Assembly (NCBI GenBank): GCA_943354045.1
Contig: CALRBF010000004.1
Span: forward strand, 710 to 64,709
Reading direction: 5' to 3'
Source of the DNA: Parcubacteria group bacterium
GTDB lineage: Bacteria; Patescibacteriota; Minisyncoccia; SW-4-49-11
DNA length: 64,000 nucleotides
Part shown: positions 29,564 to 40,646 of the stretch, in pieces
Numbering within the stretch: position 1 is the first letter of the stretch
Layout of the letters: the number at the start of each line of letters is the position of its first letter
Translations under genes and position numbers: made by a program
The notes under the pieces: model-generated
Told to the model about the DNA's origin: nothing
Database searches by the model: none
Seen by the model: the letters and a program-made list of their open reading frames with translations, nothing else

Positions 29564-30163
29564 ATGAAGAAAGGAATATATCTAGGTATTGATACAGAAT
29601 TTACGGGGCAACATCCCCATAAAAATGGGCTTATAGAAATAGCTTTATTAGTATTAGATAAAAATTTAGAGGAAATAGCTCATTTCGAAACCCTTGTAAT
29701 ACCTCCTGAAGGGTTTGAAATTACTCAAGAATCGATGAATATCAATCATATTGATTTGGATAAGGTAAATGCAGAGGGTATTGATTATGAAGAATTAGTC
29801 AAGAAAATGACTCGATTTGTACGTAAATATTTTGAGAATAAGCCCATATTATTTGCCCATTTTATTCCAATGGATTTTGCTTATCTTAATTATATTTTTG
29901 ATAGTGTCGGGAAGAATAACCTTTTTTGGAGAGAATTAATTGGACATAGTGCTATTGATACCAAGGTTTTAGCCAATACGATTAATTTACAATTGATACG
30001 AAAAGGCAAGGAGCCTATGTTCAAATCTACTTCTTTATCTAGCCCAGGAGGCCTTACGGATATATTAGGTATTACTGATTATGAGGCTCATACAGCCTTA
30101 GGTGATATTCGAGCTACAAGGCAGGTACTGATAAAGTTATTAGATATTTTAGAGGAATTATAG
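29564..30163 (+). CDS. DEDDh 3'-5' exonuclease (DnaQ/RNase T-like)
   Basis: Exo I IYLGIDTEFTG, Exo II FAHFIPMDFAYL, Exo III HTALGDIRATRQVL. Confidence 0.7.
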   Translation: MKKGIYLGIDTEFTGQHPHKNGLIEIALLVLDKNLEEIAHFETLVIPPEGFEITQESMNINHIDLDKVNAEGIDYEELVKKMTRFVRKYFENKPILFAHFIPMDFAYLNYIFDSVGKNNLFWRELIGHSAIDTKVLANTINLQLIRKGKEPMFKSTSLSSPGGLTDILGITDYEAHTALGDIRATRQVLIKLLDILEEL

Positions 30164-30198
30164 TATACTAAGGACAGAATTATACTTAATTAACATAT

Positions 30199-30771
30199 AT
30201 GGCATATATAGAAAAATCATTTAATATCCCAAATAATACTGGATTATCTGAAGAGCAAATTTCAGTACATCTTGGACTTTATGCAGGATATGTAAAAAAT
30301 ACCAATGCATTATTAGAAAAAATTCAAACTTGGCAGTCAGAGTGGGATGCCTTTACTTTGGCAGAATTACAGCGAAGATTAGGATTCGAATTTGATGGAA
30401 TGAGACTTCATGAATTTTATTTCTCACAATTATCAGAAGGATCAAAAGCATTAGATGAAAATTCAAAATTTGGGCAATTAATTAGCAAACAATATGGCTC
30501 ATTAGATGTCTATCAGGCTGACTTAAAGCGCATAGGTTCAACTCGTGGTATTGGTTGGGTAGTGACATATTATGATATTGAATCTGATAGTCTGTTATCA
30601 ACATGGGTATCTGACCATGAATTGGGGCATTTGGCAGGACTACCTATTATATTGGTTATTGATTTATGGGAGCATGCATTCTTTATAGATTATAGACCTG
30701 CTACCAAGGGAGATTATATTGATACTTATATAAAATCAATAAATTGGGAAATTGTAGCAAATAGATTATAG
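30199..30771 (+). CDS. Fe/Mn-family superoxide dismutase
   Basis: DLWEHAFFIDYRPATKGDYIDTYIKSINWEIVANRL aligns with the SOD C-terminus (DVWEHAYYIDYRN...VNWEFV). All four metal ligands can be placed: H in ISVHLG, H in MRLHEFYF, and D/H in DLWEH. Confidence 0.75.
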   Translation: MAYIEKSFNIPNNTGLSEEQISVHLGLYAGYVKNTNALLEKIQTWQSEWDAFTLAELQRRLGFEFDGMRLHEFYFSQLSEGSKALDENSKFGQLISKQYGSLDVYQADLKRIGSTRGIGWVVTYYDIESDSLLSTWVSDHELGHLAGLPIILVIDLWEHAFFIDYRPATKGDYIDTYIKSINWEIVANRL

Positions 30772-30776
30772 GTAAA

Positions 30777-32807
30777 ATGGCTGAGAATTTACTCATAAAA
30801 CTTGAATTTAATACTCCAGAGGGTTTTATTCCCTTTCCTGATATACAGCCCCAACATTATATAGAGGCCATACAATATCATATTGATATTGCTCGAGAGA
30901 GAATTCAAGCTATTGAAGAAGTATCCGAACCAGATTTTAACAATATCATTGAGGCTTTAGAATTTGCTGTATATGAAGTATATTATATCTATGGTATTGT
31001 TGATAATATTAATTATGCTGAAACAAATACTGAGTTACAAGAAATATTTACAGAGCTAAGTGAGATAATTACCAATTTCCAGAATGATATTTCTCTGAAT
31101 GAAAAGCTTTTTCTTCAAATAAAGCAGGTATATGACAATAAAGGTAATTTAGATTTAACTATAGAGCAGAATACTTTACTGGAAGATACATATTCCTCTT
31201 TTGCACGCAATGGAGCTTTATTAAATCAGGAAGAAAAGGAAAAATTACGAGAAATTGGAGTAGAATTATCTAAAATCACTTTAGAGTTTCAGCAAAATGT
31301 TTTAGCTGAGAATAATGATTATAAACTTATCATTACTGATAAAGCTGATTTAGCGGGACTTCCAGAATCTATTATTGCAAGCGCCGAGAATAAAGACAAT
31401 CCCAATGAATGGATATTTGATTTATCTTATCCTTCGTATATTCCTTTTATGCAATATGCTGATAATAGGGAATTAAGAAAAGAATTATTCCGAGCCTATA
31501 ATACCATAGGTGCTAAAGGAAATGAGTGGGATAATAGAAAAATAGTAACGCGTATAGCATTATTAAGACAACAAAGAGCACAATTACTTGGATTTGAAAC
31601 TCATGCAGACTATATATTAGAAAAACGTGTATTACAAAAACCAGCTGAAGTCAAAGAATTATTAGATACCTTACTCACAAAGGCTATTGATATAGCCCGA
31701 GATGAAATTACAGATATCAGTACATTTGCAAAATCCGATATTGATGAGCTCCGATACTATGATTATAGCTATTATTCAGAAAAAATAAAACAAGCTCGCT
31801 ATCAATTTGATGAGAATAGTATCCGAGAATATTTTCCTTTACATCAAGTATTACAGGGAGTATTTGATATAGCCAATAGTTTATATGGAATAGTCTTTAT
31901 TAAAAGAGAGGATATACCGGTATATCATACTGAGGTAGAAGTCTATGAGGTGCAAGAAGCTGATGGATCTCATATTGGTATTCTGTATCTTGATTTTTAT
32001 CCTCGCCCAGGTAAACAATCAGGAGCTTGGATGACTGAATTTAGAGCTGCATCATATCAGGGGGGGGAAGTATATACTCCTCATATATCTCTTGTTCTCA
32101 ACTTTTCTCGTCCGCAAGGAAAGGCTCCAGCTTTATTAACTTTACAAGAAGTTTTGACTTTATTCCATGAATTTGGCCATGGCCTGCATGGATTATTAGG
32201 AAAAGGAATGTATCCTTCTCTTACTGGAACTCGTGTCTATAGAGATTTTGTAGAATTACCATCTCAATTAATGGAGAACTGGGTGTATGAACCTGAAATT
32301 CTCGCAAAAATTGGTAGGCATTGGAAAACAGGAGAGTCAATTTCAGAATCTGATATTAAAAAAATTCAAGATATTGCCTCATTTCATGAAGCAGCAGCTA
32401 CAATACGACAAATACGATTTGCTAAATTAGATTTAGCTTGGCATTATAATACGAGAGAATTGAGTCCAATAGATGTGAATACTCTAGAGGAGGAAATTAA
32501 TCAAGCGACAGCCTTATTCCCAACTGAGGAAGGAGTTTTGATTAGCCCAGCCTTTAGTCATATTTTTGATGGAGGATATTCAGCAGGATATTATAGTTAT
32601 AAATATTCCGAATTATTAGATGCTGATACTTTTGAATATTTCTTGTCTGGAGGTAAAATTCTTGACTCTGAAATTGGAGCTCAATTCCGTGAACATATAT
32701 TGTCCAAAGGAGGCTCAGAACACCCAATGATTTTGTATAAAAGATTTCGAGGACAAGAACCAAGTATAGATGCCTTATTAAGACGACTCGCTAAATCAAC
32801 CAAATAG
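30777..32807 (+). CDS. M3-family zinc metallopeptidase (peptidyl-dipeptidase Dcp / oligopeptidase A-like)
   Basis: HEFGHGLHGLL (HExxH) followed by a downstream Glu. 676 aa, typical for Dcp/OpdA. Confidence 0.8.
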   Translation: MAENLLIKLEFNTPEGFIPFPDIQPQHYIEAIQYHIDIARERIQAIEEVSEPDFNNIIEALEFAVYEVYYIYGIVDNINYAETNTELQEIFTELSEIITNFQNDISLNEKLFLQIKQVYDNKGNLDLTIEQNTLLEDTYSSFARNGALLNQEEKEKLREIGVELSKITLEFQQNVLAENNDYKLIITDKADLAGLPESIIASAENKDNPNEWIFDLSYPSYIPFMQYADNRELRKELFRAYNTIGAKGNEWDNRKIVTRIALLRQQRAQLLGFETHADYILEKRVLQKPAEVKELLDTLLTKAIDIARDEITDISTFAKSDIDELRYYDYSYYSEKIKQARYQFDENSIREYFPLHQVLQGVFDIANSLYGIVFIKREDIPVYHTEVEVYEVQEADGSHIGILYLDFYPRPGKQSGAWMTEFRAASYQGGEVYTPHISLVLNFSRPQGKAPALLTLQEVLTLFHEFGHGLHGLLGKGMYPSLTGTRVYRDFVELPSQLMENWVYEPEILAKIGRHWKTGESISESDIKKIQDIASFHEAAATIRQIRFAKLDLAWHYNTRELSPIDVNTLEEEINQATALFPTEEGVLISPAFSHIFDGGYSAGYYSYKYSELLDADTFEYFLSGGKILDSEIGAQFREHILSKGGSEHPMILYKRFRGQEPSIDALLRRLAKSTK

Positions 32808-33362
32808 TTATTTTATTGCAATATATAATAGTATTGCCCATAATCCAAACCAAGCGGCAAGAGTGATAGCCCAAGCATTAAATGATTTGATAGGGAATTG
32901 GATAAATCCTTGCCTGCGATTAAGATCAACCAAAATAAGAGAAGCAAAAGTTGCAGAGATACAAGATACAATACACCATGGGCAAATAGCTCCAATTTCA
33001 AAAAAGGCAAGATAAGTCCAAATATAGGATATAATAACAGCAGGAAATGTTAATGACATTGCAATCAGCATAAAAGGCTTGGATAATTGTGTATGAGTCA
33101 ATAAATATAATACCGTAAGCCAAGCCATAGGCCAACCAATCATACCAATCCAGGAATTGGGAAATCCAAACATGGTAGCATATTGACTACCCATTACTTT
33201 GCCACAATCAATCCAAGCATTAATACTACATCCTGGTGTATAAAGTGGGTTTTTGAGGATGAGATATTTTTCAAAACTAATAATAAAGGCAGCTCCAAAT
33301 CCGGTAATAGAGAAAAATAATAATAAAATACTATGAGGGAAATATAAGATTTTTTTAAACAT
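32808..33362 (-). CDS. Vitamin K epoxide reductase (VKOR)-family membrane protein (disulfide-bond formation)
   Basis: Loop Cys pair CSINAWIDC and TM-embedded CPWC (AICPWCIVSCI) in a 4-5 TM protein, the VKOR arrangement. Confidence 0.5.
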   Translation of the reverse strand: MFKKILYFPHSILLLFFSITGFGAAFIISFEKYLILKNPLYTPGCSINAWIDCGKVMGSQYATMFGFPNSWIGMIGWPMAWLTVLYLLTHTQLSKPFMLIAMSLTFPAVIISYIWTYLAFFEIGAICPWCIVSCISATFASLILVDLNRRQGFIQFPIKSFNAWAITLAAWFGLWAILLYIAIK

Positions 33363-33483
33363 AATAAGGTAATATATATAATCAAATATAGTATATCATA
33401 CTGATTATTAGGTTACAAAAGAGAATAAATTAATCTAAAATAGAAGGGGTTTTTATTAAATATATTTTTAACGCACTAATATC

Positions 33484-33512
33484 TTGACAAGAGTCTTGAA
33501 ATCTAGTATTAT
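33484..33512 (+). promoter_or_regulatory. rRNA promoter (TTGACA-17 nt-TATTAT) with an AT-rich UP-like element
   Basis: ttgaca at 33484-33489, a 17-nt spacer, then tattat at 33507-33512, preceded by aaatatatttttaa, about 135 nt upstream of the 16S 5' end. Confidence 0.55.
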
Positions 33513-33646
33513 AGACATACGTCTGATTAAAAAGACAGAACATTCACAATTCAATCAACTTACAACCAAAAATTGTAAGGTTCAATAACTATTCCTTTAT
33601 AGTAAACAAGAAAAAAGTAGATGTTTTTTAGGAACAATCTGACGTT

Positions 33647-35154
<1,508 letters not shown>

Positions 35155-35318
35155 AAGGATATGCCTGTTGAAGTAATTCAACAAGGAATGGTCGGTCAAG
35201 ATGTAAATCTTGATACTTTTACACCAACAAATCCTTATCTTTTGAGATAAGGTGCGTCAGATTGTTACTAAAAGACATGTACTTGAATAATTATTGAATA
35301 GATTGACTCGTGTATAAT

Positions 35319-35357
35319 AAAACAGATTTCTCTTATTAGGGGGATCTGTTTTATTTT
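35319..35357 (+). terminator. Rho-independent terminator downstream of the 16S rRNA
   Basis: aaaacagat-(16-nt loop)-atctgtttt is a 9-bp stem plus a T-run, about 165 nt after the 16S 3' end. No 23S/5S/tRNA follows. Confidence 0.6.
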
Positions 35358-35365
35358 AGATAAGA

Positions 35366-36940
35366 ATGGTGTATAATACTTTTATTATGGTAAAAAAATT
35401 AAAGTTATTATTTCCGGCCTCAACCCTTGTATATGCTACTGGGTCATTGGTTATATTGAGTATTTTATCTCGTATTTTAGGTTTAGTCAGGGATAGATTA
35501 TTAACCAGTACTATTCCACTATCAGAGCTAGATTCGTATTTTTCGGCTTTCCGTATTCCAGATTTTTTATATAATATTTTAATTTTAGGTACATTATCTA
35601 GTGCTTTTATCCCTCTATTTAGTAAATTAATTAATCGCAAAGACAAATCAGAAGAGGCACAGGCATTAATAAATGATGTATTATTAATAATTGGACTTCT
35701 AATGGGGTTATTGTCTTTCTCAATGATAGTCTTCGCTCCCTATTTAGTGAAAATTGTAGCCATCTCATATGATAATGAGAAATTTATAAATACAGTAAAT
35801 TTAACCCGTATTATGGCAATATCCCCCTTAATATTTAGTATATCAAGTATTTTATCTAGTGTATTAAATGCTTATAAAAAATTTATTATCGTAGCTTTTG
35901 GACCATTATTATATAATATCGGAATTATTATTGGTATTGTATATTTGTATCCTATTTGGGGAATAGCGGGACTTGGATATGGAGTTATTTTGGGAGCAAT
36001 ATTGCATCTTTTAATACAAATTCCAAGTATCTTGAAGCTCAATATTCGATTGCAAATAAGTACTAATATTCATATCAAAAACTTAAAGAGATTATGGAAA
36101 TTATATTGGCCAAGACTTTTGGTGATTGATACGGCTATGATTAGCTTATTTATCGGTACCATTATAGCCTCTACAAGAGAGAATGCGGTTACTTACTTTA
36201 CTTTGGCTTTTAATCTTAATACTTTACCTTTAGGGATTATTGCCTTATCTTTTGCAACAGCTATATTTCCATTTTTAACTGAGGCCTATGCAAAAAAGGA
36301 TGAAAAAGCTTTTAGAGATTATGTTATAGGTGGTATTGCAAAAAATTTATTAATATTAATTCCTGTGATGATGCTTATGCTCAATTTTAGAGCTCAATTA
36401 GTACGTATTGTATATGGAGGTGGAGATTTTCCTTGGGAGGCCACGCGTATTACTTATGATACATTCACTATATTGGCTTTATCTATACCATTTCAAGGGC
36501 TTATCCCATTATTTAGTAGAGCATTATTTGCTCGCCATGACACCAAAACTCCAACCATAGTAGGTATTATTAGTATGATATTGAATATATTTTTAGCTTT
36601 GATTTTGAGTCATTATTGGGGTGTGCAAGGAGTGGCTGCAGCCTTTTCTATTACTATTATTGCAACCTGTCTGATATATGGAGCTATTATATTTAAAACT
36701 ATTAATCATGGGAGTATTATACGCACTATGCGATACGGTATACAAATTGGTATTTGGTCACTTGGAATGGTAGCTATTGCATATGGATTAAAGCATTTAA
36801 TTGGAAATATATGGGGAACAGATACTACCTTAGCTTTGATTTTACAGGTACTCGGATCCTCCATACCAGCTCTTGCAATTTATGCTTTTATCACCTGGAA
36901 ACTGGGACTCACAAAAGTATTATTGAGGAAAAAAGAGTAA
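35366..36940 (+). CDS. murJ: Lipid II flippase MurJ (MviN)
   Basis: N-terminal SILSRILGLVRDRLLTSTIPLSELDSYFSAFRIPDFLYNILILGTLSSAFIPLF is the MurJ signature. About 14 TM segments. 524 aa. Confidence 0.85.
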   Translation: MVYNTFIMVKKLKLLFPASTLVYATGSLVILSILSRILGLVRDRLLTSTIPLSELDSYFSAFRIPDFLYNILILGTLSSAFIPLFSKLINRKDKSEEAQALINDVLLIIGLLMGLLSFSMIVFAPYLVKIVAISYDNEKFINTVNLTRIMAISPLIFSISSILSSVLNAYKKFIIVAFGPLLYNIGIIIGIVYLYPIWGIAGLGYGVILGAILHLLIQIPSILKLNIRLQISTNIHIKNLKRLWKLYWPRLLVIDTAMISLFIGTIIASTRENAVTYFTLAFNLNTLPLGIIALSFATAIFPFLTEAYAKKDEKAFRDYVIGGIAKNLLILIPVMMLMLNFRAQLVRIVYGGGDFPWEATRITYDTFTILALSIPFQGLIPLFSRALFARHDTKTPTIVGIISMILNIFLALILSHYWGVQGVAAAFSITIIATCLIYGAIIFKTINHGSIIRTMRYGIQIGIWSLGMVAIAYGLKHLIGNIWGTDTTLALILQVLGSSIPALAIYAFITWKLGLTKVLLRKKE

Positions 36941-36997
36941 AATATTTGACAAAAAGACTATTGTATAATATAACAAGTATACTTTCTGTACATTGTT

Positions 36998-37213
36998 ATG
37001 ACTTTTATATCTAAATTAGTGACTAAGTTGTTCCCCTTTTTAAAGAGCGACCCAATGAGTTTATTTTATATTCGTAATATCCCAGTTGCTCTTATAATAG
37101 GAGTATTAGTATATTGCTTGAGTGGACCATTTCTGATTAAACTTATAGTTTGGTTGGTCTGTGGTGGTGATATAATATTTGCAATATGGCTCCTTTTCGA
37201 TAAAAACTCATAA
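36998..37213 (+). CDS. Small hypothetical membrane protein (71 aa, 2 TM)
   Basis: It sits between a TGTATAAT extended -10 (about 36966) and a clear terminator (37212-37244), which suggests a real small transcription unit. No homology recognised. Confidence 0.3.
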   Translation: MTFISKLVTKLFPFLKSDPMSLFYIRNIPVALIIGVLVYCLSGPFLIKLIVWLVCGGDIIFAIWLLFDKNS

Positions 37214-37244
37214 CCGAGCCCCTTGATGGTGTTCGGTTTTTTCT
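37212..37244 (+). terminator. Rho-independent terminator
   Basis: aaccgag-(13-nt loop)-ttcggtt followed by tttttt. Confidence 0.6.
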
Positions 37245-37248
37245 TTAG

Positions 37249-37277
37249 TTGTAAAATATCCAAATTTTAGCTATAAT
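37249..37277 (+). promoter_or_regulatory. Promoter for lepA (TTGTAA-17 nt-TATAAT)
   Basis: ttgtaa at 37249-37254, a 17-nt spacer, then tataat at 37272-37277, 9 nt before the lepA ATG region. Confidence 0.5.
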
Positions 37278-37286
37278 AAAGGATAT

Positions 37287-39080
37287 ATGCAATATATCCG
37301 TAATTTTAGTATTATCGCCCATATCGATCATGGCAAATCAACTTTGTCTGATCGTATTTTAGAATTAACTCATACCGTTGAAAAGCGTAATATGAAAGCT
37401 CAACTACTTGATTCTATGGAATTAGAGCGAGAGCGTGGTATTACTATCAAAATGCAACCAGTTCGGGTTAAATATACCCATCAAGGTCAAGAATATATTC
37501 TGAATTTGATTGATACTCCAGGACATGTAGATTTCTCTTATGAGGTTTCACGCAGTCTTGCGGCAGTTGAGGGAGCGATTTTATTGGTGGACGCCACTCA
37601 GGGTATACAAGCTCAAACCATTGCCAATGTATATTTAGCTATAGATCAAGATTTGGTGATTATACCTGTTGTAAATAAAGTGGATTTGCCACATGCTCGA
37701 GTAGCTGAAGTAAAACAGGAAATATGTGAATTATTGGGAGTACAGGAATCTGAAATTTTAGAAATATCAGGTAAAACAGGACAGGGAGTACTTGAATTAT
37801 TAGATAGAGTTATTGCTGAAATCCCATCCCCAAAAACTAATGCATCTAATCCCAATGATTTTAGAGCTTTAATTTTTGATTCAGCATTTGACTCTTATAA
37901 AGGAGTAATTGCTCATATTCGAGTAGTAGATGGTGAAATACATACTGCTGATGCAATCAAAATGTTAGCAAAAAAACAAGAGGCGCAGGCTCTTGAAATT
38001 GGAGTATTTACCCCACAAATGACAAAATTAGATATATTATCTGCAGGAAGTATTGGTTATATTGCAACGGGACTTAAAAATGTGGAAAATGTAAGAGTAG
38101 GGGATACTATTGTAAAATTCCCTGAAGGGCAAGAATTACAACCTTTGGCTGAATATTTGGAACCGGTGCCTGTGGTCTATGCTAGTATTTTTGTAGAAAG
38201 TACGGAAGAATATCCCATATTGCGGGATGCTCTGAATAAATTACAATTATCGGACTCTTCTCTTGTATTCGAACCTGAATCCAAAGAAGCTCTTGGGAAG
38301 GGATTTCGGTGTGGATTTTTGGGAATGCTTCATCTTGATATTATTACCGAGCGTCTTCGCCGAGAATATGAATTAGAGCTTATTATTAGTACTCCATCTG
38401 TAGCTTATATTGTGGAGCAAACCAATGGGGATATTTATACGATTTATTCTGCTTCAGATTTTCCAGATAATACTAAATTAGCTCGTATATTGGAGCCTTT
38501 TGTGAGGCTTGAAATTATGACTCCCAAAGAATATATTGGAGCTGTAATGGATTTATTGCAAAAAAGGCGTGGACAATTTATTAATACTCGCTATATTGGA
38601 GAAGATAGGGCGATTATAGAATATCAAATCCCCTTAGCTAAGGTTATTGTAGACTTTTATGATGTATTAAAAAGCATAACTTCAGGATATGCCTCAGTTA
38701 ATTATTATCCTCTTGAGCCTCAAGAAGCTCAAGTAGTTAAATTAGATATTATGGTAGCAGGAGAATCTCAAGAGGCTCTATCTCATATTGTTTATAAAGA
38801 TGAGGCTCATGATGAAGGTAAGCGTATTGTTCATAGATTAAAACAATCCCTTCCCCGACAACAATACTCAGTTGCGCTACAAGCTTCAATTGGAGGTACT
38901 ATTGTTGCCCGCGAAACATTATCAGCTTTTCGTAAAGATGTTATTGCAAAATTATATGGGGGAGACAGAACTCGTAAGGATAAATTACTTAAGAAACAAA
39001 AAGAAGGAAAAAAACGTATGCGTGATACAGCGCGTATTCATATTCCAAAAGAAGTGTATTTAGAGGTTTTGAAGCGTTAA
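37287..39080 (+). CDS. lepA: Elongation factor 4 (LepA)
   Basis: MQYIRNFSIIAHIDHGKSTLSDRILE, DTPGHVDFSYEV, NKVDLP, and a LepA-specific C-terminus. 597 aa. Confidence 0.9.
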   Translation: MQYIRNFSIIAHIDHGKSTLSDRILELTHTVEKRNMKAQLLDSMELERERGITIKMQPVRVKYTHQGQEYILNLIDTPGHVDFSYEVSRSLAAVEGAILLVDATQGIQAQTIANVYLAIDQDLVIIPVVNKVDLPHARVAEVKQEICELLGVQESEILEISGKTGQGVLELLDRVIAEIPSPKTNASNPNDFRALIFDSAFDSYKGVIAHIRVVDGEIHTADAIKMLAKKQEAQALEIGVFTPQMTKLDILSAGSIGYIATGLKNVENVRVGDTIVKFPEGQELQPLAEYLEPVPVVYASIFVESTEEYPILRDALNKLQLSDSSLVFEPESKEALGKGFRCGFLGMLHLDIITERLRREYELELIISTPSVAYIVEQTNGDIYTIYSASDFPDNTKLARILEPFVRLEIMTPKEYIGAVMDLLQKRRGQFINTRYIGEDRAIIEYQIPLAKVIVDFYDVLKSITSGYASVNYYPLEPQEAQVVKLDIMVAGESQEALSHIVYKDEAHDEGKRIVHRLKQSLPRQQYSVALQASIGGTIVARETLSAFRKDVIAKLYGGDRTRKDKLLKKQKEGKKRMRDTARIHIPKEVYLEVLKR

Positions 39081-39149
39081 ATAGGGGGTATTGTATTATT
39101 TGTAGGGAAGGTATATAATAATAGAGAAATAATAGTTAATAATATATAT

Positions 39150-39704
39150 ATGACAATCCCAATTTTGATACTTATCGCAATTGTAATTATTATCCTTTTT
39201 TATGCTATTTCCCTTTATAATACCTTTGTTTCTTTAAGACAGAAAGTTGCTGAGGCTTGGGCAGATATTGATGTGCAATTAAAGCGGCGCTATGATCTTA
39301 TTCCTAATTTAGTAGAAACAGTAAAGGGTTATGCTTCTCATGAATCTGGAGTATTCGAAGAGGTTACTAAAGCTCGTACACAAGCTATACAGGCTACAGG
39401 TTTAGAGCAAAAAGCAGAGGCTGAAAATGTATTGTCAGGTACTTTAAAAAGTCTCTTTGCAGTATCTGAAGCTTATCCAGATTTGAAGGCAAATCAAAAC
39501 TTTTTAGAATTACAGAGAGAGCTTAGTGATACAGAAAATAAAATTCAGGCTGCCCGAAGATTTTATAATAGTATTGTATTATCTCTTAATACTAAGGTAG
39601 AAAGTTTTCCTGATAGTTTTATTGCATCTTCTTTTGGATTTGAGAAGAAAGAATATTTTGAAATTGCTGAAGCTGAAAAAGAAGTGGTAAAGGTCTCATT
39701 CTAA
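39150..39704 (+). CDS. lemA: LemA-family protein
   Basis: N-terminal TM followed by SLYNTFVSLRQKVAEAWADIDVQLKRRYDLIPNLVETVKGYASHE. Confidence 0.8.
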   Translation: MTIPILILIAIVIIILFYAISLYNTFVSLRQKVAEAWADIDVQLKRRYDLIPNLVETVKGYASHESGVFEEVTKARTQAIQATGLEQKAEAENVLSGTLKSLFAVSEAYPDLKANQNFLELQRELSDTENKIQAARRFYNSIVLSLNTKVESFPDSFIASSFGFEKKEYFEIAEAEKEVVKVSF

Positions 39705-39723
39705 ATGATAACACAGAATTTAT

Positions 39724-40635
39724 ATGACCTTATATGATCATAAAGATCAGAATATTCGAAAAACCTGGGTATTAATGACAATATTTATTGCAGTTGTTGT
39801 TGGGATAGCTTGGGTGTTTAGTTATACCTTGGATAGTCCTAGTATTTTTGTATGGGCCTTGATTGGCAGCTTATTCATGAATGTGATATCTTATTGGTAT
39901 TCTGATAGCATTGTGCTTTCAATATCTAATGCACAGCCTATAGATACTAATAACCCAGAAGGAAAACGTATATATCGCCTTTTGGAAAATTTAGCTATTA
40001 CTGCTGGATTACCGACACCTAAATTGTACATTATCAATGATACCGCTATGAATGCTTTTGCAACAGGGCGTAATCCAGAGCACTCGGCTATTGCACTCAC
40101 TACTGGTATTATATCAAGATTAGAGCAATCTGAATTAGAGGGGGTTATTGCTCATGAATTATCTCATATTGGAAATCGTGATACTTTAATTCAAACTATA
40201 TCTGTAGTGTTAGTAGGATTAGTAGCCTTACTTGCTGATTGGTTTTTACGTATTAGTTTTTGGAGAGGTTTTGGGGGAAGAAGTGATAATAATGATAATG
40301 GACAATTAGGGATTATATTAGGTGTAGTAGCTATTGTACTCGCAATCTTAGCACCTATTTTTGTGCAATTATTGCATTTAGCAATTTCTCGTAAAAGAGA
40401 ATATTTAGCTGATGCGAGTGGGGCTTTGCTTACTCGATACCCCGAGGGGCTTGCGAGTGCCTTAGATAAAATAAGTAATGACACTGAGCCTTTAGAGGTT
40501 GCTAATAGAGCTACAGCTCATTTATTTATTTCAAATCCATTAAAAGGTGGGGGGGTAAAGGATTTGTTCTCCACACATCCTCCCATTAATAAGCGTATAG
40601 AAGCCCTGCGTGGAATGGACATAGATACAGTATAA
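39724..40635 (+). CDS. htpX: M48-family zinc metalloprotease (HtpX-like)
   Basis: [10 protein letters not shown] (HExxH) between TM segments. It forms the conserved LemA-HtpX pair. Confidence 0.75.
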   Translation: MTLYDHKDQNIRKTWVLMTIFIAVVVGIAWVFSYTLDSPSIFVWALIGSLFMNVISYWYSDSIVLSISNAQPIDTNNPEGKRIYRLLENLAITAGLPTPKLYIINDTAMNAFATGRNPEHSAIALTTGIISRLEQSELEGVIAHELSHIGNRDTLIQTISVVLVGLVALLADWFLRISFWRGFGGRSDNNDNGQLGIILGVVAIVLAILAPIFVQLLHLAISRKREYLADASGALLTRYPEGLASALDKISNDTEPLEVANRATAHLFISNPLKGGGVKDLFSTHPPINKRIEALRGMDIDTV

Positions 40636-40646
40636 TAATAAATTTT

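Noticed and set aside
35155-35365. tRNA, 23S or 5S genes downstream of the 16S.
   Set aside because: No tRNA-like T-loop/acceptor motifs and no 23S 5' sequence. The spacer instead contains a hairpin terminator, and murJ starts at 35366.
36754-37014. 86-aa ORF overlapping the 3' end of murJ in another frame.
   Set aside because: It overlaps the conserved C-terminal MurJ coding sequence. It has no independent promoter or terminator and no motif.
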